Source: an uncultured bacterium
GTDB taxonomy: Bacteria > Actinomycetota > Acidimicrobiia > Spongiisociales > UBA5794
Direction of reading: 5' to 3'
Assembly (NCBI GenBank): GCA_963801165.1
Contig: CAWDDT010000009.1
Location: 527,501 to 591,500 of the forward strand
Length of the DNA: 64,000 nt
Shown here: positions 1 through 9,667 of the stretch, in pieces
How the letters are laid out: each line of letters begins with the position of its first letter
Numbering within the stretch: the stretch's first letter is position 1
Program-made: the position numbers and the translations under genes
Notes under the pieces: generated by a model
Database searches by the model: none
What the model was told of the DNA's origin: nothing
The model's input: only the letters and a program-made list of their open reading frames with translations

Positions 1-108
1 AGGACAGATCGCGGGTCCAACAGAGTCGTTTTTCCCCCCGCCCTCTGATGGGTCATGTCCCCGTTTCGCTCTTGACGCGTCCGATAGTCTGACTCGCCAG
101 ATGGGAGG

Positions 109-1359
109 ATGTCTTTGGGGACAATGACAAGCAGCGGACTGACTGCGTACTTCCTGTTGGATGTCGTTCTCATCCTGATTGCTGCCCGAATCGTCGGCTC
201 GGCGTTTACACGCATTGGCCAGCCACGTGTTGTGGGGGAAATAGTGGCCGGGATCCTGCTTGGCCCGACCTTCCTGGGTGACCGGGTGCTCGACTTGTTT
301 CCCGCTCCCTCTCAGGCGGTCCTCGCCAACCTCGGTCAGGTGGGGCTGCTGTTCCTCATCTTCCTGTCAGCTCTGGAGATCGACCTCGATCTGCTCAGGA
401 GGCACATGTTCAGTGTCGTGTCGATCGGCGTGGGTGTAGTGGCGGTTCCCTTGCTCGCCGGGTACCTGATCAGTCCCATGCTCGCCAACGACACCTTCCA
501 GGTGCCGGGTACCTCAGCAGCAGGATTCGGATTGTTTGTTGGTGCGATGCTTGCCATCACGGCTCTTCCTGTGATGGCCCGGATCTTCCAGGAAAAGCAA
601 GTCACTACATCCCGGATCGCAGCGATCAGCCTCGCGGCCGCCGCGGTGTGCACCGTTCTGATGTTCGTCGCCAGCTCCGTCGCGTCCTCCATTTCTACCC
701 ACGAGAGCACGGTGCAGATTCTCGGAGAGGTGGCTCTGGTCGCTGGCTACCTGCTGGCTATGTTCGCGGTCGTCAGGCCATTGGCGAAGCGGCTGATGAA
801 ACACCACGCCGATGAGGTCTCAACCGGGGATTTTGTGGCCGTGTTGATCGTGGCGATCGGCTCCGGGTACGTTGCCCACCTGCTCGGATTGACCGTGATC
901 GTCGGCGGCTTTGTGGCAGGGTTGATTCTTCCCAGACGTCGCATTCTCTTTCAATTGCTGGACGGCCGGCTCGGGGAGCTGACATCGGCGATTCTGCTTC
1001 CGATATTCCTCGCCGTTTCCGGTCTGGCGACTGACTTCAGGCTCCTTTCTCGTTCGGCTTTCGGTGGTTTGCTTGTGTTGCTCGTCGTCGCGGTCGCTTC
1101 GAAATGGATCGGCGGGGCCGTCTTCGCCAGGTTTGGCGGTATCAGCTGGGCGGAGGGCAATGTCGTGGGCGCTCTGATGAACTGCCGTGGGCTGTTGGTG
1201 CTCGTGGTTGCACTCGGCGGAGTCCAGGGTGGGGTCATCACCCCCGTCCTCCAACTCGGCGCCGTTCTGGTGGCTCTTGTCACCACCGCCATGACCGGGC
1301 CTCTGTTCGATCGCTTTATGCAGCGGTTGCCTGAGCCAGATCCTGTTTCGCAACCGTGA
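109..1359 (+). CDS. Cation:proton antiporter (CPA2 / Kef-type Na+/H+ exchanger family)
   Basis: 416 aa, very hydrophobic. Motifs RIGQPRVVGEIVAGILLGP, AITALPVMARI and GALMNCRGL are typical of CPA2 antiporters. Confidence 0.9.
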   Translation: MSLGTMTSSGLTAYFLLDVVLILIAARIVGSAFTRIGQPRVVGEIVAGILLGPTFLGDRVLDLFPAPSQAVLANLGQVGLLFLIFLSALEIDLDLLRRHMFSVVSIGVGVVAVPLLAGYLISPMLANDTFQVPGTSAAGFGLFVGAMLAITALPVMARIFQEKQVTTSRIAAISLAAAAVCTVLMFVASSVASSISTHESTVQILGEVALVAGYLLAMFAVVRPLAKRLMKHHADEVSTGDFVAVLIVAIGSGYVAHLLGLTVIVGGFVAGLILPRRRILFQLLDGRLGELTSAILLPIFLAVSGLATDFRLLSRSAFGGLLVLLVVAVASKWIGGAVFARFGGISWAEGNVVGALMNCRGLLVLVVALGGVQGGVITPVLQLGAVLVALVTTAMTGPLFDRFMQRLPEPDPVSQP

Positions 1360-1430
1360 TGGGGTAGCCGGAGAGCGGGCCCGGTCGGCTACAGACTCGA
1401 TCGACGGCGCCGTCGTTTAGCATCGGTAGC

Positions 1431-2255
1431 GTGAATACCACCCTTCTCCATGTGATCTGTGACTACGCGCCCGATGGCCTAGAGTTCGCTGAGATCAAGA
1501 CCCGGTTCCATGCAACGCTCGCCACCCCGGGCTCGGTGCACATTCACCATACGGCTACGCCGCCACTCGACACCATCGCGGTTGGATTTGCCACGGCTCA
1601 GCTCGGTCTTGGCCCGAAGACATCACGGATGGTGATATTCGGCAACTCAGCACCACGCCGGGACCAGGATGCAGAATCGACCGAGAACCGGGGCCGCGGT
1701 CTTCGGTACGCCAGGCTCGACAACGGCGCAGAAGTGGTCAGCGTCGCCTCGGAGTACACGTTCAGCTTCATCAAGGACCATATTGTCGAATATCGCGATA
1801 TTGATAGCCCGGCGAGCGGGTCCCAGTTCCGGTCGCGTGACTTCTTCCCGACCTACGTGTCTGCAATTATCGATGGCGACTACTCGGCGCTCACCGACGT
1901 CCTCGACCCGGCCGACATCGAAGACGTGCCGTCGCATCGGGTGGCCTGGACCGACGGGTTTGGCAACATCAAGACCACCGTGCGCAAGTCTCACCTCGCC
2001 ACCGCCGGGCTCCACACCGGTGACCGGGTACTGGTCACCCTGAACGGTGTCACACTGGCGGGTGTGATCTCCGACGGTGGCTTCACCGTTCCCCGGGGCG
2101 TACTCGCCGTGAACGCAGGCTCTTCCGGATTCGGCGACCCCTTCGTCGAACTGTTTCTCCGGGTCCATCACATGAGCGAGAAGACGGCGGCGGTCCGTTT
2201 CGACCGGCCGGCCGGCGGCACCCCGCTGGAGATAGAGCCGCTGCGGAGTCTGTAG
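1431..2255 (+). CDS. SAM-dependent chlorinase/fluorinase/hydroxide adenosyltransferase superfamily (DUF62-like), divergent
   Basis: 274 aa. N-terminal ICDY, GSQFRSRDFF (compare STFHGRD), WTDGFGNIKT (compare IDxFGN), C-terminal GSSG..FVELF. Confidence 0.75.
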   Translation: MNTTLLHVICDYAPDGLEFAEIKTRFHATLATPGSVHIHHTATPPLDTIAVGFATAQLGLGPKTSRMVIFGNSAPRRDQDAESTENRGRGLRYARLDNGAEVVSVASEYTFSFIKDHIVEYRDIDSPASGSQFRSRDFFPTYVSAIIDGDYSALTDVLDPADIEDVPSHRVAWTDGFGNIKTTVRKSHLATAGLHTGDRVLVTLNGVTLAGVISDGGFTVPRGVLAVNAGSSGFGDPFVELFLRVHHMSEKTAAVRFDRPAGGTPLEIEPLRSL

Positions 2256-2265
2256 CTCGATCGGG

Positions 2266-5127
2266 TCAGGATCTCGAGAGCTGGAAACCCGAGTCGGATA
2301 CTCTGAAATCGACGAAACGGGCCATCGCGTTAGGTGGTTCCTCCACGAGGGTCTGCTTGATCCGCACGGCCGCCTCGGCCGATTTGGCCAGGATCAGCAG
2401 GTAGCCGCCGCCACCTGCCCCGAGGAGCTTGTACCCCAAGGCATAGTCATCGATCTTCCTTGTGATGGCGCGGATGGAAGGCGGGTTGGTACCCGGGTCG
2501 AGCCGCTGGTTGAGCTCCCAGGAGTGGCGGACCCGTTCCGACAGTCCCTGGTAATCGTTGCGGAGCAGGACCTCGAACGTGTCCCGGGCGTGTTGTTTCA
2601 TCTCCGAGAATATGGCGAGGTGCTTTGCGGAGTTCAGGAACATGGACTTGACTATCTCGCCGAGGATGTCCCTGGCCACCCGGGTCACCCCCGTGTAGTA
2701 CAGCAGCATCCTGGTCCGGTCCTCGGGCCGGTCGAAGAGCTGACCGGGCAGCCACTTGATCGCAGGCTCCTGGCGGATCCCCGCTTCGGTCTCCAGTAGC
2801 TTTACCCCTTCGAAGATCCCCCCGTACTGGTCCTGCCACCCTCCTCCTGTTGTCAGCATCTGCTCCAGGATCAGGGTCCGGTAGGCGACCTGGTGCCGGT
2901 CCCAGCTCAGACCGCAGAATTCCGAGAGCGTGCCCAATACCGTCGCGGCGAGGTTCGAGCTCGTCCCCAGCCCGGAACCTTTGGGAACGGCCGCCAACAG
3001 CGACATCTCGACACCGCCGCCAAATTCGTTCAACTGTTCTTCCAGGTCTCGGAAGTGCCCACGGCTGAAAGTAGGGCCGAAGCCTGCCAGCACCAGGGCG
3101 GCCATGGGGATGGAGAAGGTCCCGCCGAGTTGCCGATAGCGCTGTAGCTCTTCGAAGCTGTTGATCTCGAGCGTCTGTCCCTGGTCGATGGATCGAAGGA
3201 CGATCTTGGGCTTCGCCAGCGGCCGGGCATAGACCTGCAGAGGCAGTTGCCCGTTGAGCTCCACAGCCAGATTCACGACTGTCCCGCCTGCCATGATGCA
3301 GTAGGGCGGGGTGTCGGTCCATCCTCCGGCGAGGTCGAGGCGCACCGGGCTCCTCCCCCAGAGGATCTGGTCGTCGAGTAAGCAGCGAGCCGGTTCCAAG
3401 GGCTCTGCAGCCAGCGTTTTGATCATCTCTTCTCGCAGGAGGGAGAACGCGCGGTCTTCGTACCGGCGGGATTCCTTCTCCTCCGATGCACAGCGAGCCC
3501 GGAACATGTGGTCGTTGATCCTCGTCAGGAAATCCTCCTCAACGGCCGGTTCCGGGGGTAGGGGAAGGGAGGCTTCCCGGAAGTCCCGGGCCGCCTTCTC
3601 CAGGTCGAGGTGGTAGAACACACTACGTGACCGGTTGGCTGCGAGTCTGGTGAGGGAACCCAGGAGAAGCCGGTGCCTCTGTTCGAGGATACGGGGAATA
3701 TCCACCGCACCCGCCAGCTCACGGCTCGAGATGCGCGGGAGTTCCAACCAGCTTTGCCCGCGCCCTTCGGCTCGGGTCATGACACGCAGGAGCCCCGGGA
3801 TCTCATCCAGGGTGCAAAGGGGGAAAAGGGGCTGGTCGTACATGGAAGCGGCTCCCTCCAGGCCCGCCTCCCCGGCCTCCAGACCCCGGTCGGCCAGCCA
3901 GACCGAGACCGGCTGCCCCAACCAGGCATCGTCCTCCCGGCTTCCCTTGAACTGGTCATCGAATCCGTAGACCTGCAAGGCAAATCGGCCATCCTTCATG
4001 GGCGCGACGTTGATGCAGACGCCCGGGTCGAGCTCGATCGACCAGTCGTTCTCGGGTACGCCGGTGAGTACATGGTGATTGCTCAGCGTCCAGGTAGCCG
4101 GGATCACGCTGTTCTCGATCCAGATGTGATGGTGGTGCTTGCCGAAACTCTGGTCGACCGTGGCATTCTGCAGGAAGACCGAGGGATGGTGATTGGTACC
4201 GGTGCCCGAATGGAGACGCTGGTCAACAACCCGATTCTGGAGCCTGAGGCAGGAATCAAGCAGGTCGCGTGTGCTCCCGAAATGGTAGAACTCGCCATGG
4301 TCGATCGGGTGTAGCTTGACCGTCAGGTCGGCGAGCGTTCCATCGGTGGCAGAAGCCTCCGCGCCGAACGATGTGAGCATGTCTCCGTACAGATCGTAGA
4401 AGCCGGGAGGTTGGTCCCCGAAGCCATCCGCCGGGTCCCACCCACTGCGCTCCATCAATACGAGCGTAGCTTTCGGGCTCAGCAGCACGATCCCGGAATC
4501 CATGAGATAGAGGTATTCCCGGGCGTATCCCTGCAACTCCTCCATGGTGGGTTTTTGCCTGACAAATGCCAGGTCGGCCGGCTGTTTGCGGGGGCTGAAG
4601 AAGACCCCGTGCCGGGTAGCCACGTCCTCCTCGACCCACACGCCGAAAAGCAGGATGTCGGCTTCGGGCAAGTCTCCAAAAGCGTCCCTGGTGATAAAGA
4701 GCGTGTCACCGCTTCCGATCAACAGGCCATAGGACGCCGGCGCCTTCTTCAGGATGCGGCGGCAGAAGGCCTCCTGGAAGTCGAGCAGATCCTGGTCGAG
4801 GTACTGGCCCTTCGCCCAGCGGAACACCGGCACGGGCAGGAGGGACTTCCCAATCGGGGCATATGATGGCAGCCGCCTGCTCTCTCCCCCGGAATGGATC
4901 ACCAACCGTTGCTGCTCGGTCAACCAGTTGCTGAAGTCCTGATCGGTACCGCTCTCCCGGAAGGCTTCCCAGAGCAGGTGCGCCGTGCCGCCACCCGACC
5001 CCAGCCCCTTGCCCGGGGGATCGGAGGTGCAGAACCAGGAGGAGCGGTCCCTGTCCCCACCCGGTGCGGCGGTCTGGAAATGGGGCACCATGGCCGGGGG
5101 CAGACTGATGAGCCGCTGTACTGACAT
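2266..5127 (-). CDS. fkp: Bifunctional L-fucokinase / L-fucose-1-phosphate guanylyltransferase
   Basis: From the ATG at 5127 (953 aa): WFCTSDPPGKGLGSGGGT, HSGGESRRLPSY, PVPVFRW, then GHMP kinase motifs RSPVRLDLAGGWTDTPPY, PKGSGLGTSS, GGGWQDQYGG and GAGGGG. Matches the Bacteroides Fkp architecture and length. Confidence 0.93.
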   Translation of the reverse strand: MSVQRLISLPPAMVPHFQTAAPGGDRDRSSWFCTSDPPGKGLGSGGGTAHLLWEAFRESGTDQDFSNWLTEQQRLVIHSGGESRRLPSYAPIGKSLLPVPVFRWAKGQYLDQDLLDFQEAFCRRILKKAPASYGLLIGSGDTLFITRDAFGDLPEADILLFGVWVEEDVATRHGVFFSPRKQPADLAFVRQKPTMEELQGYAREYLYLMDSGIVLLSPKATLVLMERSGWDPADGFGDQPPGFYDLYGDMLTSFGAEASATDGTLADLTVKLHPIDHGEFYHFGSTRDLLDSCLRLQNRVVDQRLHSGTGTNHHPSVFLQNATVDQSFGKHHHHIWIENSVIPATWTLSNHHVLTGVPENDWSIELDPGVCINVAPMKDGRFALQVYGFDDQFKGSREDDAWLGQPVSVWLADRGLEAGEAGLEGAASMYDQPLFPLCTLDEIPGLLRVMTRAEGRGQSWLELPRISSRELAGAVDIPRILEQRHRLLLGSLTRLAANRSRSVFYHLDLEKAARDFREASLPLPPEPAVEEDFLTRINDHMFRARCASEEKESRRYEDRAFSLLREEMIKTLAAEPLEPARCLLDDQILWGRSPVRLDLAGGWTDTPPYCIMAGGTVVNLAVELNGQLPLQVYARPLAKPKIVLRSIDQGQTLEINSFEELQRYRQLGGTFSIPMAALVLAGFGPTFSRGHFRDLEEQLNEFGGGVEMSLLAAVPKGSGLGTSSNLAATVLGTLSEFCGLSWDRHQVAYRTLILEQMLTTGGGWQDQYGGIFEGVKLLETEAGIRQEPAIKWLPGQLFDRPEDRTRMLLYYTGVTRVARDILGEIVKSMFLNSAKHLAIFSEMKQHARDTFEVLLRNDYQGLSERVRHSWELNQRLDPGTNPPSIRAITRKIDDYALGYKLLGAGGGGYLLILAKSAEAAVRIKQTLVEEPPNAMARFVDFRVSDSGFQLSRS

Positions 5128-5266
5128 AGCATGCGTTTTAGCCGGGCAGTCCCGCCCTGTCCAAAGCGTTTGGGCTAGACGCCTACGGCGTCGCGCGGGG
5201 CAAGTGCCTGCCCGCGTGCGCCGGGCCCGGTAGTTCCTGTCACCGCCTGCCCGTATCCTGCGCGAT

Positions 5267-8023
5267 GTGGATCCAATCACCGCTCTCGGGCGCTCCGTCG
5301 TCGTCAACCCCGGTGAACCTGCGCCTGAGCCGTGGGTCGGCTCGCCCAGGGTGGCCATCACCGATGAGCTGCTCGCGGACCGCAAGCTCACCGACGCTGT
5401 CATCGCCGAGCTCCACTCCGCCTGGCTGGAGCGTCGACCGGTCGTCATCGAGCTCGGCGTCGCCCCGGCAGTGCTGCGTGAGGGCGAGACGACAGCACTC
5501 GACCCATGGCGGCTGCGACTCGGGTTCCTGTTTCCGAAGGAGCGGCTCCAGTTCCTGGTGTGGGTCAACAGCTACGACTATCGCAGCGGCGAGTTGATTT
5601 GGTGGTGGGGGCGCAAAGCGATGGCGCTCGGGGCAAAGGCGGGCACGACGTGCGACGTGATCCTCCCCGACGGCACCGAGGCATGGGTGGACGGGGGACC
5701 GCGAGGTCCTGTGCCCGGCGCCCCGATCGTCGCCGTGGAGTCGGTGACGCTCGGTCGGCTGGAGGTTGCGCCGGATGTGACGGCATCGGCGCTGGCGGGG
5801 CTCGCCCCCGACCAGGCCGCCGCGGCGAGCCACCTCTCTGGACCGGCGCGAATCATCGCCCCGGCAGGGTCGGGGAAAACGAGAACGTTGATCGCCCGGC
5901 TGCGCCACCTGGTGGACGATCGAGGCGTCGAACCGGACATCATCTGTGCTCTCGCCTACAACAACCGGGCTGCCGCCGAGATGCGAGAGCGGCTCGGCTA
6001 TCGGCGCGGTCTCGAGGTGCGGACGATCCACTCGCTTGGCTGGGAGATACTCCGCCAGGCGCGGGGGACCCTGAGCCTGCTCGACGAACGCGAGCAGCGC
6101 CGGCGCCTCGACGGGCTGATCGAGGCGCCGCGGCGGCAGAACACCGATGTCATCGGTCCCTATCTCGAAGCGCTCGGTGAAGTGCGTATCGGGCTGCGCC
6201 CACCCGACGACGTCGAGCAGTTCCGCGACGATGTTCCCGACTTCGCCCGTGTTTACGAGAAGTACCGCCGCCTGCTGGCCGGCCGTGGTGAGGCCGATTT
6301 CGACGAGCAGGTCTACGGAGCCATCGAGGCGCTGCTGACCAACGCCGAGCTGCGCCACTACTGGCAAGATCGGTGCCGCCACATGGTCGTCGACGAGTTC
6401 CAGGACTTGACCCCCGCCTACGTTCTCCTCATCCGGCTGCTGGCCAGTCCTCGATTGGATGTGTTCGGCGTTGGCGACGACGACCAGGTCATCTACGGCT
6501 ATCTCGGGGCAGATCCCGGCTATCTCATCGACTATGCCGAGTTGTTCCCGGGCGCCGAGTCACATCCGCTAGAGGTCAACTACCGGTGCCCGCCTTCTGT
6601 GGTGCAGGCGGCGGCGACGTTGCTCAGGTATAACGATCGCAGAGTCGACAAGGTCATCCGCTCCGGCAAGAACGACGAGCAGGCAGATGCGTTGACGATC
6701 GAGCGGGTGCCGGGGCTCGAGGCGGGTCTCCGCTGTGCCGTTCAGGTGGGCAAGTGGCTCGAGAACACAGCGCCCACCGACATCGCCGTGCTCTGCCGGG
6801 TCAACTCGGCGTTGTTGCCGGTCCACGTGGCCTTCGCCGAGGCGGGGATTCCGTTCCGGTCACCGCTCGGCCGGGAGGTGCTCGAGCGGACCGTGCTCGC
6901 TGCCGCCCTCGCCTGGATACGGATCGGCCTCCGGCCCGACGACATCAGCACGTCCGACCTGATGAAGGTGGTGCGCCGGCCGTCCCGGGGCCTGACCAGG
7001 AGCACTGCCCAGCTCGTGGAGCGCCGCCGCCGGGTTTCGCTTGCAGACCTGGCGGGGCTCGGCAACCGGCTCGACGGCAAGCAGGGGACTCGGTGGGACG
7101 AGTTCCTCGACGACCTGGAGCGGGTCGCCGATGTGGCCGCGGGTGGTGATTCGCTCGCCGTGCTCGACTTCATCAACACCGAGATCGGTCTCAGCGGTGC
7201 CGCCCAGGCGCTCGATGCCGGGCGGCGCCGGGCGGACCGTTCGGCACAATCGGATGATCTGGTTGCCCTTCGTCGTGCCGCGGTGTTGCATCGTGAGCTC
7301 TCTGATTTCGAGTCGTGGCTGGGCGAGATGCTGAGCCGTCCGGATGACCGCGACGGGGTCGAGCTGAGCACGGTACACAAGGTCAAGGGCATGGAATGGG
7401 ACCGGGTGGTCGTGTTTGGAGCCGACCGTGGTCTGTTACCCCACGACCTCGCCGAGGACCCCGAGGAGGAGCGGCGCGTGTTCCATGTGGCGATAACGCG
7501 GGCCAGGAAGCAGGTAGTGGTGCTAGCCGACAGGTCCGCCCCCTCACCGTTCCTCGATGAGATGGCAGGGGCGGCTCGCAAGCCGGCGGCCCGGTCGACG
7601 ACACCGGCCGGCGTAGGTGCCGTGAGTGCCGCCGTCGGAGACCGGGTGCGCATCCCCGGCGGTTACGCCGGGGTGATCGCCGAGTTCGAGGAGAAAGGGG
7701 CGCTCGTGGCCACGGATTCCGGAGCCATGGTCCTCGTCGAATGGGGCGAGACCATTGCCACACCGGGCGGATCGGGCCCGCTGGTCCGCCCGGTCGACGC
7801 CGGCCCGGTCGACGAGGAGCTGGTGGCAGTCCTCAAGCAATGGCGGCGCGATACCGCGGCGGTCGCCTCGGTGCCGGCTTACGTCGTGATGAGCGACAAG
7901 ACACTGATGGCGATAGCCGCCAAGCGTCCCCAGAACGAGCGGGAGCTGATCATGATCCCGGGCATCGGGCCGGCGAAGCTCGAGGCATATGGGGACGAGA
8001 TACTGGCGCTCTGCGCCGGATAG
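5267..8023 (+). CDS. UvrD/Rep-family ATP-dependent DNA helicase with C-terminal HRDC domain (UvrD2-like)
   Basis: APAGSGKT, VVDEFQD, VGDDDQVIY, NYRC, STVHKVKGMEW, EERRVFHVAITRA. HRDC segment WRRDTA..VPAYVVMSDKTL..GIGPAKLEAYG. Confidence 0.92.
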   Translation: MDPITALGRSVVVNPGEPAPEPWVGSPRVAITDELLADRKLTDAVIAELHSAWLERRPVVIELGVAPAVLREGETTALDPWRLRLGFLFPKERLQFLVWVNSYDYRSGELIWWWGRKAMALGAKAGTTCDVILPDGTEAWVDGGPRGPVPGAPIVAVESVTLGRLEVAPDVTASALAGLAPDQAAAASHLSGPARIIAPAGSGKTRTLIARLRHLVDDRGVEPDIICALAYNNRAAAEMRERLGYRRGLEVRTIHSLGWEILRQARGTLSLLDEREQRRRLDGLIEAPRRQNTDVIGPYLEALGEVRIGLRPPDDVEQFRDDVPDFARVYEKYRRLLAGRGEADFDEQVYGAIEALLTNAELRHYWQDRCRHMVVDEFQDLTPAYVLLIRLLASPRLDVFGVGDDDQVIYGYLGADPGYLIDYAELFPGAESHPLEVNYRCPPSVVQAAATLLRYNDRRVDKVIRSGKNDEQADALTIERVPGLEAGLRCAVQVGKWLENTAPTDIAVLCRVNSALLPVHVAFAEAGIPFRSPLGREVLERTVLAAALAWIRIGLRPDDISTSDLMKVVRRPSRGLTRSTAQLVERRRRVSLADLAGLGNRLDGKQGTRWDEFLDDLERVADVAAGGDSLAVLDFINTEIGLSGAAQALDAGRRRADRSAQSDDLVALRRAAVLHRELSDFESWLGEMLSRPDDRDGVELSTVHKVKGMEWDRVVVFGADRGLLPHDLAEDPEEERRVFHVAITRARKQVVVLADRSAPSPFLDEMAGAARKPAARSTTPAGVGAVSAAVGDRVRIPGGYAGVIAEFEEKGALVATDSGAMVLVEWGETIATPGGSGPLVRPVDAGPVDEELVAVLKQWRRDTAAVASVPAYVVMSDKTLMAIAAKRPQNERELIMIPGIGPAKLEAYGDEILALCAG

Positions 8024-8054
8024 CCTGCGCTGGAAACCACCGCGATGATGCCGA

Positions 8055-8160
8055 CTCAGCTCTGCTGAGGCGGCCCCCCTGCCCCCGCCTGCGGCGGCGG
8101 TACTTTCCCCCCACCTTCGGTTGGGGGACTGACGGCCGGGTCGCCACCCCGGGTGGGGGA
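8055..8160. repeat. REP/RIME-like GC-rich multi-hairpin element between convergent genes, overlapping the 3' end of the mscS ORF
   Basis: Hairpins CTCAGC-tct-GCTGAG, CCGCC-tgc-GGCGG and TCCCCCCACC-ttc-GGTTGGGGGA. Layout resembles the reverse complement of 45980-46028. Confidence 0.5.
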
Positions 8161-9048
8161 CCGAAGCTCGATCGGGCCCTGGAAGTAGGTACGCACCGTC
8201 GGGTAGGCGAGTTCGACATCGGGCTCGTTATCGAGGGCGTCGAGGATGGTTTCCCAGATCGACTGCTCCGTGTTGCGTTGCCTTCTCGCGTCCACGAGGA
8301 AACGCGCCGTGAACAAGACTCCGCTGTCCTGGACGGACAGATACACGATCGGAGTCAGCGCACCGATACGGATGTGATAGGTACGTGCGGTCTCCCGGAT
8401 CAATGCCCCCGCCTCTCGCTCGACGTTTGGGGCGTGGTCCCGAACCGCACTCTCGACGATCTCGCGAGCACGGGTGCGGTCGGACTCGAAGGTGACGAGC
8501 ATGGGGATCTCCTGCCAAATGAAGTCGAATCCCTCCGTGTAGTTGGCCACCTGATGGGTGAACACGAGGCCGTTGGGGATGTGGACGAGCCGGCCGGTCG
8601 ACTGCTCGGCGTCGACCCAGTTACCGACCTCCATCAGCGAGAACCGGAAGAGGCGGACGTCGACGACGTCCCCCTTGGTGCCGGCAACCTCTATCCGGTC
8701 ACCCACCCGAAACGGTCTCCTGCTCCAGATGTAGATCCATCCGGCGAGGTTCTTCAGCACGTCGGCCAGGGCGATGGCGATACCGGCGGAGACAAGACCA
8801 AGGAAGGTCGGCAGGTCGTTGAAGGCATCGATCCAGATCCAAGCGATCCCGATAGCGCCGATGACCGTCGTCGTGTAATTGGCAACCTTGCGGGCCCGAT
8901 AGCCCACCCAGGCTTCTTCGAATCGCTTGTGGATGGTGCTCAGCACCAACCAACGACCGAGCGACAGCACCAGGATCGTAACGACGGACGCGATCAGCTT
9001 GTTCTGTATCTGGTGGTCGAGACCGAGGATCACAGCGAGTGGGAGCAT
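8056..9048 (-). CDS. Small-conductance mechanosensitive channel (MscS family)
   Basis: GLVSAGIAIAL, RPFRVGDRIEV..GDVVDVR, VHIPNG, ELAYPT. Confidence 0.9.
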   Translation of the reverse strand: MLPLAVILGLDHQIQNKLIASVVTILVLSLGRWLVLSTIHKRFEEAWVGYRARKVANYTTTVIGAIGIAWIWIDAFNDLPTFLGLVSAGIAIALADVLKNLAGWIYIWSRRPFRVGDRIEVAGTKGDVVDVRLFRFSLMEVGNWVDAEQSTGRLVHIPNGLVFTHQVANYTEGFDFIWQEIPMLVTFESDRTRAREIVESAVRDHAPNVEREAGALIRETARTYHIRIGALTPIVYLSVQDSGVLFTARFLVDARRQRNTEQSIWETILDALDNEPDVELAYPTVRTYFQGPIELRSPTRGGDPAVSPPTEGGGKVPPPQAGAGGPPQQS

Positions 9049-9612
9049 TTAGCGAATGTTACCGAGAGTGAACACTGCCCACATCTTCAGATATCGCTCG
9101 AGCGATTCGGTGGCGAGCGCTACATCGCCGCCTGCGGCGATCTCCAGCAGCAGTCCGCGGACGACGGCGACGCCCAATCTGAGCTCGGCCTCATTCGGCT
9201 CTATCCCGAGCCGTGCCGAGACATCCGAGGCGACTCTGATCCACGGTTCGGTGAGATTGGCCACGAACTCCTCGGTGCCCGGCTGACCCCGGGAGGCATA
9301 TGCCAGCACTTCGAAGAACAAACGGATGAACGGAAGCAGAGCGGGATCGGTCAATTGAGCCCATTGCATGCGCACCAGAGCCGTCGGTGAGTCGGCGACC
9401 TCTGCCAGGTCCTCGAGGGCGACCCGCTGCTGGGTCTCGATCGTGGTGACAATGGCGGCGATCAGACCCTCCCGGGACCCGAAGTGATAGATGAGCATCC
9501 GGTGGCTGGTCCCGATGCCCGAGGCCAGGGTGCGCAGGCTCGCGTCGATCATGCCATTGGCGGCGACATATGCGATGACCCGGTCGAGCAGGTCCTGGCG
9601 GGCGGAGGACAT
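9049..9612 (-). CDS. TetR/AcrR family transcriptional regulator
   Basis: N-terminal HTH SLRTLASGIGTSHRMLIYHFGSREGL. Confidence 0.9.
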   Translation of the reverse strand: MSSARQDLLDRVIAYVAANGMIDASLRTLASGIGTSHRMLIYHFGSREGLIAAIVTTIETQQRVALEDLAEVADSPTALVRMQWAQLTDPALLPFIRLFFEVLAYASRGQPGTEEFVANLTEPWIRVASDVSARLGIEPNEAELRLGVAVVRGLLLEIAAGGDVALATESLERYLKMWAVFTLGNIR

Positions 9613-9630
9613 GCACCAAGGATAGAGAAC

Positions 9631-9646
9631 TGTACCGCTTGGTACA
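9631..9646. promoter_or_regulatory. Putative TetR operator
   Basis: Inverted repeat TGTACC-gctt-GGTACA in the 55-bp gap between the divergent tetR and SRPBCC genes. Confidence 0.6.
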
Positions 9647-9667
9647 AATGCCTGGTAGGGTCATGGC

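Noticed and set aside
61-88. Sigma28-like promoter (TCCGATAG) before the antiporter
   Set aside because: There is no TCAAG or TAAA element at the matching distance.
5128-5568. N-terminal extension making Fkp 1100 aa
   Set aside because: It overlaps the divergent helicase gene, and Fkp similarity begins at MSVQRLISLP (5127).
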